The translations under genes and the position numbers were made by a program. A stretch of DNA of 64,000 nucleotides from positions 20,896,001 through 20,960,000 of the forward strand of contig CP068257.2 of the NCBI GenBank assembly GCA_009914755.4. Reading direction: 5' to 3'. This stretch comes from the human T2T-CHM13v2.0 reference genome, Homo sapiens. The notes under the pieces are model-generated. The model worked only from the letters and a program-made list of their open reading frames with translations, ran no database searches and was not told where the DNA came from. Each line of letters begins with the position of its first letter. Position 1 is the first letter of the stretch. This document shows, one piece after another, positions 31,266 through 46,855 of the stretch.

Positions 31266-32742
31266 CACTATTTGAGAATTTTCTAGTACCGAATAAATCC
31301 ATGATGCAGGACGCACAGTATCTGTTCATTAGCACTAACAGAAATACCTTAGTAACTAGATAAACAATAGTATCACTAGAGAGCAATTTATGAAGCAAGA
31401 TCTGTTGAATTATCTTCAAAAATGATAACAAGGCTGACAAGCAATTTCTCAACAATGAAAAAAGAAGCCAAAAGTCAATTAGAGAATGTCTTCCAGATGC
31501 TGAAAGAAAATGTTCATCCAGTAGAACTGTGTACTTATGGCAGGACAAATAAACAATTTCAAGGATTCATTAAAATATGTTCTATTTGATAGAAAATGAT
31601 TTAGTGATTATAGAAAAAAAAATCATGGCTTGTCTGGGGTTACCATGAAAGTTTGTTTTATCAGTTTCAGCAAGTTTCCCAATGCATGTTCCCCAGAGTT
31701 ACTGGAGGCAGGATATACTTTGAAAGTCGCTTCCAGACATTCGTTAACCAGTGAACATGTGCACAGGAACATAAATCTGACATTTAAAGAATGGCAGTGT
31801 CAGGTCCACGTGTTCTGGGTCATTACATATTATGTTACTATTGCACAGTTCCACTCTAATAATTGCAGTTGATTAAGGCCTTTCTACTGTTTATAGGGTT
31901 TATTAATTGTCACACTTACTACACTACAGTAACCAATTTAATTAAAATTTTTGAATTAGGGCAAAACAGAAACATTTTCAGAAGAAAAAAATATAAAGAA
32001 GCCATTTAGAACTATAAGAGGTTCACGAAAATTCAATGAATAACTTTCAAAATGAAAACAAGAAGGTTTCTCAAAATGAATATGTAAGATTCAATACAGA
32101 ATGTTTAACAAAGGAATAAATTAACCTCTAAATAAATCAAAACATTAGTTGTTAGTATAAAAACACACACAAAAAAGTTCTAAATTATGATGATACTCAG
32201 CAGGACCAGATTAAGTTACTGGGCAATACAAGCAAATAAACCGGTACAAGGGGAGAATGGGTGGGTGAGAAAGTCCTTTATTTTCCTTGTGTTGTTTGGA
32301 AAGGTAGTAAATATATATGTTAAATGAGTAGTAGGTTAAGTCTACATGTTCTATTATTAAACGTGTTACTAAAGAATAAAAATGGACTTTAGGATTACAA
32401 ATCTTAAAAATGGAATCAATTTAGCAGAAGGCAGAATAATAAAAAGCACACATTTAAGCGGTAGAAATGTACACATATATAAGTAATCACAATTAATGTA
32501 ATTGGGCTAAATGTATTTCTTATAATAACGATTGTAACTGGATAGAAAACATTACACTTCATTCTTCTTTAGAAGAGACATTCTAAAGTAGATCAACAGA
32601 TAAAGGTAAAAAGTAAAAAGAAGGAAAGCAAAATTGATGAATAAAAAGGGCAAACATTAAAAACATTTAAGCTAGTTAGGAAAAACAAAATAGGCTCTAA
32701 CCATAAAGTGGTAATAAAAATAAAAATTAAAAAATGACTGCA

Positions 32743-33075
<333 letters not shown>

Positions 33076-33438
33076 CTAAGACTCAGAAGCAGAGAAAATA
33101 AAAGATAATTTAAAATAATGAATGGGGAAAAACTTTGAAGAAAGGTAAAAAGGCCGGGGGAGACAGCCATAAATACATAAGAGTCAAAGCAAGAATGGGA
33201 GACAGAGGGTCGGGGGTTGACTTGTGAAAAATAGTTTCGGTAGAGAATCACAAGGTAACAAGGAGGCACTGTGAACAATGTCACACTCATACATTTTAAT
33301 TTTTAGTTGTAATAGAAAATACACTAATTTTTTCAAAGTAATTTTAGCAAACAGAAAACTCAACTTGTATATAAACATTAAAAACATTTAGTCAGTGATT
33401 TCATTTATATACCCAGCTCACAAGGTTATAAATGTTAA

Positions 33439-33691
<253 letters not shown>

Positions 33692-34560
33692 AAGAAAGAA
33701 ACTATTCTAACCTAAACCTGTCCTGAGTATTTTTAAAAAGGAGAAAATCTGTTAATTTTATTTTATGATTAAAGAATGTAGCAAAAATCTATAGCAAGTA
33801 TCATAGTTACTGTTGAAACATAAAAGACATTTCCTTTGACTTAAGAAAAGTTTAAAAAAGTAGCTATTATTCTATTTAACATTGTACTGAAAATCTTGGA
33901 GCATACAATTATACATTAAATTATAGCACAGAATAAAATTACAAATTATTACAAGGAGAAATCAGTATTTTATAACATTTAGGAACAGTTTAAAAAGTAG
34001 ATCAAACATCAAAAATTCCATTAACTTGGTGATTTTTTTCAAATATTAGTCATTCGTTTGAATTTTATAAATTCTGATAAAATTTCTATTTGTCAATATA
34101 AATTATTTTATTTTAACACTAATTTCTTAGCTGTGATAGTTGTATAATTTACTGACACAAATTTAATATTCATTCAGGAAATAGGTTTTCTTATGAAGAG
34201 TCAATATTTTTATCTGAAAGTATTAATCTATGCAGTAATTATAATCATGGAAAATAAATTTTAAAACTCAGTAGCATTTTATAACAATTTGTAAGAATCT
34301 CAATTTTTTACGAAAAGTCAAAGTAGATATTTAGCAGAAGAGATTATATGTATGGTTGGGTGTGGGTGTGAAGTACATACTGGGACATTCAAACGTGCGT
34401 CTCTTAAAATTACTATGTTTATAATTGACAGGGAAATTATATAATATTGACCTCATTACAATATTCAAATAATATTCATGATTATCCCATTTTGAATATT
34501 GTGCTTTCTTATGAAACAATATTACCAAGCATGATTCTATATGCAATGCTATGTATTTAA

Positions 34561-34868
34561 GGTTTTGTTTTGTTTTTGTTTTTTGGGGGGACAAGGTCTC
34601 ACTCTGTTGCCCAGGCTGGAGTGTTGTGGCACAATTACAGCTCACTACAGTCCAGACTTCCCCAGGCTCAGGTTATCCTCCCACCTCAGTCTCCTGAGAA
34701 GCTGAAACTACAAGCACATGCCACCATGCCTAGCTAATTTTTGTGTTTTCTGTAGAGACAGGGTTCCATCATGTTGTCCAAGCTAATCTCCATCACCTGG
34801 CCTCATGCAATCCTCCTACTCTGCCTCCCAAAGTGCTGGGATTACAGGCATGAGCCGCCTTGCCTAGT
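34561..34868 (-). mobile_element. Alu SINE (old, AluJ-like, about 20% diverged)
   Basis: The sequence runs tttgttttgtttttgttttttggggggacaaggtctcactctgttgcccaggctggagtgttgtggcacaattacagctcactacag...ggcatgagccgccttgcctag. Confidence 0.9.
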
Positions 34869-35739
34869 CAGCATTATTCAAGATTTCATAAGGTAATTAT
34901 TACTCATTTGTATTACTTAAGCCATATTTTACATCATTTTAAAACATTTATCATTTTACTAAGTTAATTGTAATCTGAGTATGTTATTTTACATTTTTTT
35001 ATTCTCTTAATCACATTATTCTTTTCTGTCACTCTCTCTAGATCTTGCTGATTTCCACAATCAAGAAATACAGCAGCATATTGCTCCAAGCAACTAAGTT
35101 CAAATGCACAGACATTCTGAGTAATGTCTATCTGAATTTTTTCTTTGAGGAAAGTTATGTTGGAATCCATTTAAGATGAAAACTTTAAAAGGTACATGGT
35201 AAACTTTGCATTAAGTATGTGTCTGAATTTTATCTTTTCAATTTCCCTCTTGGCTCCAGAAGTTTGAAGCAATTAATCTTGAACATTAAAATACATTTGT
35301 GTTTGAAAAATCTTAATATGTTTAAACAGATAATGATTCTTATGTATTCTAGTTCCACATCTAAAAGATAACTCCACAACTTTAATTTTCTGTGAAGTTT
35401 ATATTCTCCCAGATGTTTACATTAATCTTAAAAGAACCTTTTACTATTTTCATTTATAATTAGGTCCAACAACAATAAGCATTTTGATAGGATATCAAAG
35501 TAATTTTTATTCACTATACCAACTCCAGAAACATTAAAAAAAAAGCTAAAAGGCAAAAATGACCACAAATGTTAACCTGTTTCTGCAATCTAATATAAAA
35601 TGTGAAACAATGGGAGAATTTAAAAGACACAAAAATAATGGGGAGGGGGTGCTATTATTTTGTGTTGGATAATCAAATAAATATTAACACAATGTTCTCA
35701 AAGTTCTTTTTTAGTTTTTTTTTTAATTTTTAAAATTTG

Positions 35740-35880
35740 TGTGGGTACATAGTAGGTGTATATGTTTATGGGGTGCATGAGATGTTTTGTTACAGGCATG
35801 TGATGTGAAATAAGCATTATGGGAAATGGGGTATCCATCCCCTCGAGCATTTATCCTTTGAATTCTAAATGAGGTAAGTA
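35740..35880 (+). mobile_element. Possible old L1 3'-UTR fragment
   Basis: tgtgtgggtacatagtaggtgtatatgtttatggggtgcatgagatgttttgttacaggcatgtgatgtgaaataagcattatgggaaatggggtatccatcccctcgagcatttatcc matches a motif I associate with older primate L1 3' ends. Confidence 0.4.
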
Positions 35881-37059
35881 ATCAGTTGAGGGGTGTATGG
35901 AGGAGTGGGAAGAACTTCCAAAAAAAGAGAAAAGCATGTGAAAGCATGGTAGAGAAAACTCCCTGCGTATATAGAATAAACTACATCTATTTCATTTGCC
36001 TTCCCAGACCCTTTCTCCCCTGACAGTTTGGAGCCCCCGGACGCTATACCTGAAACTATACTTACAAACTTTAGGGGGAGCTCTAACAAAGGCTCACCCA
36101 GGAGGAGCTGCGTGTCTTCCTAGTTCTAAATCACACAGGCATAGTCATTAATCCTGTCAGATGTTATTTTGTTTACAGGAAAAGACCGGGGCTCATTGAA
36201 CTAATCTTTTCTAAAAAATATAGTGATTCAGGCAAAAGACATGGGCACCTGTGCTCTGAGCTGCTTATTGTCTCCATGGCATTCTTCTGAAGGGCTGTGC
36301 TTAGTCACTGAGGCGGGGGCTTTCTGAAATTCTGCTGGCAAAGGATTTTGTGACATCCTGCTGGCAAGCAGAATGGGGAAACATGGTCTCTCATGTTTGC
36401 AACTTGTTCTCACCTCATCTCACCCTTGTTCTTTCAAGCCCAGGGGTAGGAATTCTCTGCCTCCTTCCATGGTTGTTAGCTGCAGCAGTTTTCTGTATCC
36501 CTGTTAAATATATATATATATATTTTTTTTTTTCTCTATCTGAACCAAAAGTAAATAAAAGACCACGTGTAATCCCATCCTAACCAAAAGGGATTGTTGT
36601 ATGTAGAATATGATTTTTTAAAAAATAATTTATAAAAATATTTATGAATGGAATACTTTCTACTTAATAACTAAGTTGTTTAGTTGGGGGACTTCTTCCA
36701 AGTAAGTGGAGAATTTATTCATGTATCTATGTAGTGAGAAGCCGCTAATGTCTTAGCAGAAAAGAAAAGAAAAGAAAAATCCTTAGATAATTATGGTGGA
36801 CGTAAACATTCAGCACTCCCTCCACCCCAGATATATTTATGTTTGAATCCCCGGAATCTGTGAGTATGTTCTTTACATGGCAAAAGAAATTTTGTAGGTG
36901 TGATTATGTTTAAGAACCTGGAGACAGGAAGACTTGCCTGGATTATCCAGGTGTGCCCAATCTAACATGAGTCTTTAAAAGCAGAGAACCTTTCACAATC
37001 ATGGTCAGAGAGTGAGAGATGACTAAGGAAGAAATAATCGGGGAATTCGACTTTGCTGG

Positions 37060-37270
37060 CTTAGAAGATGGAGGGAAGGGCCGGGAGCCAAGGAATACTG
37101 GTGAGCTCTAGAAGCTGAAAAAGGCAAGGAAATGAATTCTCTAAAGTTTCCAGGAATGATTTTAACTTGAGACCCATTTTACACTTCTGTTATACAGAAG
37201 ATGTGTTTACTGGTTTAATGCACTCAATTTGTGCTAATTTGTTATAACAGCAATAACGAATAAAACAATG
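37060..37270 (+). mobile_element. Old interspersed repeat fragment (3' end of a MaLR/MLT-like LTR?); name uncertain
   Basis: The sequence runs ggagggaagggccgggagccaaggaatactggtgagctctagaagctgaaaaaggcaaggaaatgaattctc...gagacccattttacacttctg...ttgttataacagcaataacgaataaaac. It parallels the consensus tail ..ctagaagctggaaaaggcaaggaaacagattctcc..gagacccattttggacttctgacctccagaact..tgttacagcagcaataggaaact. Confidence 0.4.
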
Positions 37271-38480
37271 GTAGCGATGATGCTTATGCTGATTATCAGA
37301 AGGGACATCGATATATGTAATATATTACAATACACTGAAGCCAGAGAAAACTGTGATGCTCTTCAGTGACTTCAGATAATTTTTTTACACCATGACTCTT
37401 CTTTTGTCTGACATTTTATAAAAAGTGTGCGAAAACATAATATTTTTAAATATTACTTCATCTACTTTGCATCCACCAGAATATCCTCAAATATTTTTGT
37501 TGTGTAAATGAGGCCTTGCTACAATTTTAGTGGTGATGAAGTAATTTTCTTACTGTTTATATAAAAGATTTTCTAGGAAGGGAGAACTAAATGACAATCG
37601 ATTACAGATATTAAGGTTACTAATGCTTTATAATTTAAAATAAAATTTTCTGAATTGCAATCCAGGTAATCCAAAACAATTTACATTTCCACAAGTAGTG
37701 CATGAGTGCCAACTGTCTCATGCTTTTGCACTAATTAACATGATTGCTTTTCAAACTTTGCAAATTTGGTGATTTAAAATAAAATGTCAAGTAGAATTAC
37801 TTAATTCTGATTGATATCATTCATTTATAATCTTTCTTATTGAATATTTGAAGTTATTATTTCAAAATTTTTTGTAAATAGGTAATTTCAGCCTACTGAA
37901 AAGATTGTAAACACAGTATTCAATGTAACTCATGTTTGAAACATGTAAAACTTTCATAGAAGTAGGGAAAAGGCAAACAGAAAACGGTGGTTTTTAATAA
38001 CTGTTCAAATTGCTGGATTAATGAGATGACATATTAAATTTGAGAGAAAGTGAAACAGAGAAAGATGTTCCATGCAAGCTGCATGTGTAAACAATACCAT
38101 TTTGGATGAATGGTCTACTTCATTTTATGTACCTAGGGAAGATTCTTTGTGTGGGTGAAAGAATATTCAAACACTTATAGGAAACATTGACCGTCAATAT
38201 ATTGAAAGACCTGGGAAAAATATTCACCTATTATCCTTATAAATTTAACTCAAGCTATTAATTGTTAATCTATCAGTAATTATCATATCAATAATTTATA
38301 AATATATAAATTTTAAATTTTCAAAAATATACAAATGTTTTTAAATATGCAATATAATGCACTAAAATAAATATTACTGAATTCATAGAAGAAACTCATT
38401 ATTTACTTAAAAAGAGTTTGCTGTTGTATTTACATGAATCAATTGCAGATATCTATTTCAACCTGGATTCTCTAAAACCA

Positions 38481-38830
38481 CAATACAGTAGTTCCCCACT
38501 TCCTTAACCATGGCAGATACATTCCAAGATCACCAGTGGATGCCTGAAACCATGCATAGTACTAAACCTTATATATGCTATGTTTTTTTTCTTCTATATA
38601 TACATACCTATTATAAAGTTTAATTTATAAATTAGGCTACCATAGGAGATTAACAATATAAAACAGAACAATGATAAAAATATACCATAATAAAAGTTAC
38701 ATGAGCATGGTCTCTTTCTTCCTTTCTCTTTCTTTTTCTCTTCTCTCCATATGATTGACCATGGGTATGGTAAATGAAGCTATGGAAAACAGAAACATGG
38801 ATAAGGGAAGACTAGCCAAGTCTAAGAAGA
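38481..38830 (+). mobile_element. Tigger-family (pogo/Tc1-mariner) DNA transposon, 5'-terminal fragment
   Basis: The sequence runs cagtagttccccacttccttaaccatggcagatacattccaagatcaccagtggatgcctgaaaccatgcatagtactaaaccttatatatgctatgtttttttt...acctattataaagtttaatttataaattaggc...ataaaagttacatgagcatggtctc. It closely parallels a Tigger consensus start (CAGTGGTTCCCCACTTATCCGCGGGGGATACGTTCCAAGACCCCCAGTGGATGCCTGAAACCGCGGATAGTAC..). Confidence 0.55.
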
Positions 38831-39192
38831 AAAAATGAATAGTTGATTTAAATAGTTTAAAAACATTTATGGCAGTTCTGTATAATGAAGCGATCCACAT
38901 AAACTATAGTAACTTACTATATGTATTTTACTAAACTTTTCAGTAGTCCATGGTGTTTTCTTGATCATATACTTTTCCCAAAACATGAATATGGTTAATA
39001 CAAACATATAAATATTACAGTAGGTAGTCAGGCAGACATGAGCAGGGCAGGAGAGCCCCCCCACACACAACCACTCCCGCCCCCCGCCAACCAGGAGTGT
39101 CAGGCGACCATCACGTGATGGTCAGACAGTTGTTAACTGTATCTTTAAAATAATAATTGGTCACAGGCAGCACTTGGAAAAGGCAGTCTCCC

Positions 39193-40236
<1,044 letters not shown>

Positions 40237-41061
40237 CTATTTCTGCTCTAAAGCTTTTTAATAAATGTTCACTCCTACTCTAAAACGTGCCTTAGCCTCT
40301 CCTTCTTCCTTATGCCCCTCAGTCTAATTCTTTCTTCTGAGGGGCAAGAATTGAGGTTCTTGCAGACCTGTATGGATTCACTGCCAATAACTCAGATACC
40401 CACCACTGATAACAGAAACATTTGTTATGTTTCATATTTTGTTTATGAATATGCTCTGAAAATCACAATTATAGAAGCTCTTTTCACAGGTCATAAAAGA
40501 CCCATAGGAAAATATAAACAAACAAAAAATAAGTCACATAGAGATACAGTCACTAACACAGAAATGATAAACTCTGTAATTCTCTTAACCTGCAGATTTG
40601 TTTCACATTGTGGATGACAAATGACATACAATGATTATAGTTATCCACTGTCATACTTGGAGAGATTATTTAATTATGCTATATGCTACATTTTCACATG
40701 AATGAATTAAGAAAGATGTTATGGCCAAATGCACAGCATTTCCCACAGCTGCTTAGATAAGTAAATAAATCAAACAGTTATTTCCTAATCACACTAGCAA
40801 CCATGGATAGCTCACAAGAAGGCAAGCAGTAGTAATCACCTCCTTAGGCTAGCTGTTTAATTTATCATGGTGGCAGTATGAAATGCAAGTCTCTGCAAAG
40901 AATCTCAGTGAAATAGCCTCTAAAGCATGGCCAGTTACAGTCTACTATTAGTATAATCATGCAATAAGAAAAAATGTAAAAGGTGTAATTGAAATATTTA
41001 AGAAAAACTACTAGTGATTAAATGTGCTTGATGCAGTGGTACAGTAAATTTCTGAAGTTTT

Positions 41062-41358
41062 GTTTATTTATTTTTGAGACAGAGTCTTGCTCTGTCACCC
41101 AGGGTGGAGTGCAGTGGTGCAATCTTTGCTCACTGCAAACCTCCGCCTCCCAGGTTCAAGCGATTCTTTTGCCTAAGCCTCTTGAGTAGCTGGGATTAAA
41201 GGCACCCGCCACCATGCCTGGCTAATTTTTGTATTTTTAGTAGAGACAGGGTTTCCCCATGTTGGTCAGGCTGGTCTCAAACTCCTGACCTTAAGCGATC
41301 CACCCGCCTCAGCCTCCCAAAGTGCAAGAATTACATGTGTGAGCCACCGCATTCAGCC
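41062..41358 (-). mobile_element. Alu SINE
   Basis: The sequence runs tttatttatttttgagacagagtcttgctctgtcacccagggtggagtgcagtgg...gtgtgagccaccgcattcagcc. Confidence 0.95.
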
Positions 41359-42085
41359 TATTTCTTAAGTTTTAAATGTAAATATCTGCGGTTCACAATA
41401 TAGACAGCCAATAAATAGGCTCAATAGAAAAATAAAATTTGATTAAAACTAACTCTATCCCCAGGGAACTGGCTTTCTTCAGGACGTTTCTAGTAAGACT
41501 AGGACAGAATATAGCTGAACAAGCTAACAGATATCTGGCATACTCTCCCAATCACATGTCCTTCTTAAAATTAAAAATTGAATATGAAAATCTAGAAATA
41601 GATTTTCTAGAAACATGCTGAAAAATGTTACATGCTGAAGCATTCTACAAGATTTAGTAACAATTCTACGTATGAAGAATTCAAAGAAATCTTTATGATT
41701 AACAATGAGGGAGAATCATATTTAAGTACCATGCACAAGTTCACTATCCAATGGAAAAAGATAGAATTTGAGTTAAATCTGTATCATGTATTTTTGAGGA
41801 TTTCCATGTAAGACAGGCTACAAGGGTCTGGAAGAACTAAACTATCTCATACCTCTAACAAAATTTAAATTCGCTAGTGAGATTGTGAAGTGAAAGTAAG
41901 TAGCTTGTCGTAATATTTAAATTAAGCAGAAGAAAAACATTATACATTACAGGTGATAAATATCTATGATTTAAATAACATCTTATCTTATAAAGTTATA
42001 CTATAAAAACTTCCTCCTCTACTCCCCAACCATTGAACTCTGAAATGTAAAGTAAAAGTATTGTGTATGAAAATAAGACTCTTTA

Positions 42086-42375
42086 GGCCAGGCATGGTGG
42101 CTCACACCTGTAATCCCAGCACTTTGGGAGGCCAAGGTGGGTGGATCACGAGGTCAAGAGTTCAAGACCAGCCTGGCCAAAATGGTGAAACGCTATCTCT
42201 ACTAAAAATTAAAAAATTTGCCGGGCGTGGTGGCGGGTGCCTATAATTCCAGCTACTGGGGAGGCTGAGGCAGAGAATTGCTTGAACCCAGGAGGCAAAG
42301 GTCGCAGTGAGCCAATAGCACACCACTGCACTCCAGCCTGGGCGACAGAGCAAGACACCATCTCAAAAAAAAAAA
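42086..42375 (+). mobile_element. Alu SINE
   Basis: The sequence runs ggccaggcatggtggctcacacctgtaatcccagcactttgggaggccaagg...gacagagcaagacaccatctc followed by A(11). Confidence 0.95.
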
Positions 42376-42508
42376 AGAGACCTTTTTTTTTTTTAAGTAG
42401 GATGCATACGGAAACTTTAATATTTTCAAGTAGAGTCCATACTGAATTATTTCTGACTCCATATCTAGAAAGGAATTCAGATGACAATTGTAAATTTATG
42501 GACTGCTT

Positions 42509-42588
42509 CAAATATAGTGAGGCAATTAGGAAATGTAAAAATAGGTGTCAAATATAGTGAGGCAATTAGGAAATGTAAAAATAGGTGT
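42509..42588. repeat. Perfect tandem duplication, 2 x 40 bp (caaatatagtgaggcaattaggaaatgtaaaaataggtgt)
   Basis: Two identical adjacent 40-mers are read directly. Confidence 0.95.
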
Positions 42589-44773
42589 CAAATATATTTC
42601 ATTAAAAATGAATGACAATTCACTGTGCCATTAATTTAATGGTAACAAAGATAACTTTTGAAAATTTTTGAGTCGTACCTCCAATAGAATTTAAGAAGCT
42701 ATTGTACATGTGAAATAAGAACAAAGGTTTATGAAAAAAATCAAATTAGAAAAACCATACCCAAGAATGAGAAAAAAATAACTTACAACTTCTGATTTCA
42801 AGTTATGGTGCAGGTAGTGAAAAAAAAGTTGTAATCTCAAGCCTTAAACCAGTAATGATACTCTCTAGGGTATGAGTAAATTGATCCCTGGTAATCAAAG
42901 AGTGGTTCTCAACCAGCAAAATCGGTTTCTTCTAGGAACTACTTAAAAAGCAAAATCTTGAGCCCCACCCTCCACTGAATCAAAGCTCCTCTTATTTCCT
43001 CCTTTTTACAAGATTTACTACTGAGTTACATGCAAATTAATACAGCCAAATACTATCCTAAGGCCAGATTCCAGAGGGATTTACTAGGCTACTTTCCAAA
43101 TTCTCTGCAACCAGCAAGGCCAGTGAATAGTAGCCGTAAAATAATGTGGGTGTGAAATAATTTGTTTACTGGCACAATTACTGATCAAATATATACACAC
43201 AAAAAAAACTAATATGTTGTTCTTAGAAATTATTTTACATATCACCTAAAGTGTTTCTCATATTTTTTAATTTGCACAATCCTTTCTTACAGTCTTCCCT
43301 ACATTTTTGCAACCTGTGGCTAAACAGACCATATTTTGTACTGTCCTATTAATTGTTTATTTTGAATTGCTTTTTGTAAATATGTGTTTTTACATTAAGG
43401 GGACCTCCAAGTTATTCTTTAAACGCTCCATTTTCTTTTAAGCGAACATTTTATTTGTTGACAGAATACAAGATTCTGAAGTTGGTTTTTAATGTCTCCA
43501 ATTTGTTGTTTCTGTTATTTTTTGTTGCTTTTCCCCAATGTCTTGGTAATCTGAGCACAGGTCCCTGGCTTCAGTCACCATACTGACTTTAACTATAGTT
43601 TAAAAACCTGAAACTCCATCTTTCTGAGTAAAATATAGTATCCTCTGAACAATCATCCCACTGAATAATGAGGTAGAAGATATTTTAGAGGTGGAACAAA
43701 GTTACATGCAGGAAAAAAACAGTAGATCCAATCTATGAATAATAAGAATGTTTTAAAAAGGATATAACAAAATAAATAAAATCGTAAAATTTTACTGTTG
43801 TAAATTTAAAATAGAATGCTTTCAATATGTTACAGACAAAGGTGATATAATGCGAAAATACCTCAAAACACTCCTTATAGTCAAGAACACAGAGAGTAGA
43901 ATCTTTAATGGACAGAAAAGAATGCTGTAACATCTCTAAAATCTCAAAAAGCGGTTTAGGTTCTATATATGAAAATATATATGACTCAAAAAGCAAATAA
44001 ACTTTCCAAATTATTATCATGAAGGCTTATGTCCAAAATATAAACTATATCAGCAGAAAAGTTTTGAAAAATATATTTTAAAGAATCATATTAAAAAATA
44101 GACAATAACTAGTAAATGCAATTGAATGCACAATTTCCTAAATAATTGTTTAGAATATGGTTGGCAGATAATGGAAATAACGGGGCAGTTGATGGATTGA
44201 CAAAAAGTTTGTGCTATTTATTTAATATACATACAATTGGGAAAGTTGAAAATTAAAACTTCTATTTACAACCAAAAAGAAACTAATAAATTAGGAAAAT
44301 TACATGAAGTAGATTTTTAGGAATATAAACTAGGATATTCAGATGAAAATAAAACATTTTATTAGTCAACAAAAAGCACATTTAAACAATGTAATATCAG
44401 GTTACATCCAAAATAAAATAAACATAGAAAATGTACATATTAGCAAGAAATGGTGAAGTGAAAAGTTTAGGTGTTAATGCTAACAGCATGAAATGATCCA
44501 GCCATTTAGAGAGCAGTTTGTCACTATTTGGTGAAACTTAACTCCACAATTTCTTTCCTGGGAATATACTTCATAAAACTCTAGCATAATCATAGAAATG
44601 GACATGCGTGAGAATATTCATTAGAGTATTTTATGTGATAGCAAAGTCTTTCAAGAACGTAAATGTTCATCAGTTCTTAAAAGGATAGATAAAATGTGGC
44701 ATACGTGCACCATGTAACAGTGTAACTTTCAAAATACATTTAAATTGATTAGTTTTTCATGGAGCAATGTTGA

Positions 44774-45096
<323 letters not shown>

Positions 45097-45106
45097 GATA
45101 TGGTCT

Positions 45107-45390
45107 ATTTTTTTCAACCAGGCTTGAGTGCAGTGGCGATCATGACTTATGGCTCACTGCATCACTGTAGCTTTGACCTCCTAGGCTCAAGTGATCCTCC
45201 CACCTCACCCTCCCAAGTAGCTGGGACCACAGGCATGTACCAGGATGCCTAGTTAATTTTTTGGTATTTTTTGTAGAGATGGGGTTTTGCCTGTGTTGCC
45301 CAGCTGTTCTCAAACCCCTGAACTCAAGTAATCCGCCCGCCCCGGCCTCCCGAAGGGCTGGGATTACAGGAATGTGCCACCGTGTTTGGC
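45107..45390 (-). mobile_element. Alu SINE (old, AluJ-like)
   Basis: The sequence runs caaccaggcttgagtgcagtggcgatcatgacttatggctcactgcatcactgtagctttgacctcctaggctcaagtgatcctcccacctcac...ggaatgtgccaccgtgtttggc. The minus-strand ORF at 45140-45466 is Alu-derived. Confidence 0.9.
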
Positions 45391-46384
45391 TAGAAATGTT
45401 GACAGTTCTAAAGAAATGTTGAATAAAATAAGTGACAAAGAGAACAAACTTTTTAGCACAATTCATAAATGTATATTACAGCCAGTACACACACACAAAA
45501 TTAACAGTACATAATGTTTATAGATTTATAATTATGTAAATAGATTTATGATTATTGTCAAAGCACAAAATAATTACATATAGTTCATTTCTGTTGGGAA
45601 AAGGCCATGTATAAGTCATAATATGTGCATATTGGCAGCCATTGATTACAGTGGTAAGAATTACTTTGAATTTTGGGTAATCATTTTCTCTAATGGCATT
45701 ATATTTTCCCCTCATTGAAGAATTTTGCTTCATCCTGCTTATTTGGGAAAATATATTTTGGGGAGGGAGGGAATTTTTAAGAGGCAAAGCAAAAAAATTA
45801 TAATGTCTGATTATAGCATTATATTGCTGACACCTTGGGTGAAGTGAAAGTGGATCTCAAATCTTAAAGGAATGTGAACGAAATGAGTACTTGAACCCCT
45901 GTGGATAGATGTAGAAAAATTAAAGGTATTTGAAAATTTTAGTAGCTATGAAAAGTGATTGCCATTGTGAAGCCTGCTGTTTTCTTTTAAAACATGGCAA
46001 TAATGTATAAATTAAATTGCAACAGGAAGTTCATATTCTAGAATACTCAGTTGTTCTGCATGCAGAGTTGGATAAATGGAAAATATATGATAATTATACA
46101 GCATAAGGGGTAAAGAATTTCTAATCAGCTTAAATGTTTTAAAATTAGCCACTTACAGAAAAAAAGAGCAGTTAATTTTAAAAAATCAAGCTAAAAGGAG
46201 TTAATTTCAAGAAAACAGGATTCAGATAAGATATAATGGCCTAGATTATAATTTAATAAAAGTAAAGAGTATGCTTTTTTATTAATAAATATGTTTTTAT
46301 AAGTTAAAAAGAAAATGATTACAGTAGCCACTTTGGTACTTTAAGCTGAAGGCATTATGTGACCATATAGTGAAGTAGTTTTAA

Positions 46385-46855
46385 AACCAACCCAATTTTC
46401 CCATAGAACTGAACGGTTTCTTTTGAATACACCTAGAAATGGACTCTGTCAGTCTTGAAATATGAGAAAGTTACATTTGTCTTATCTGAGTTTCTTTCTC
46501 AGGAGACCAACTAGCAGGCCTCCCAAATAGTATCAAGGAACTGAAACTTATCATTGCATCTGGACAATGAGATGTCAGACTTCTCCCCTAGCATGATTGC
46601 CTAACCGACCACCTGTTTCCTGTTGACCAACTCTTCCTCATTACCCCTCCCTAATTCCTGTTCCTTCAGGTAGTTACATTTCCGCTATATAAATTCCTAA
46701 TTTTAGTTGGTTAGGTAAATGGATTTGAGACTGATCGCCCATCTCCTCAGCTGCAACTCCTAATTAAAGCCTCTTCCCTGGCAATACTCATTGTCTTAGT
46801 GATTGGCTTTCTGTGCATGAGTAGCAGCATTTAAACAGAACCCCTGGATTTTTGG
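46385..46855 (+). mobile_element. Unclassified interspersed repeat, copy 2 (same family and orientation as 6415-7165)
   Basis: See copy 1. It shares gtcttatctgagtttctttctcaggag, gaactgaaac..gacaatgagatgtcagac, ctatataaattcc, gatttgagactg..ctcagctgc and cattgtcttagtgattggctttctgtgcatg. It has no Alu interruption. Confidence 0.6.

Noticed and set aside
42895-42990. Short stretch agtggttctcaaccagcaaaatcggttt...ccccaccc reminiscent of hAT/MER5-type TIR sequence
   Set aside because: It is too short and degenerate to call by eye, so I left it unannotated.
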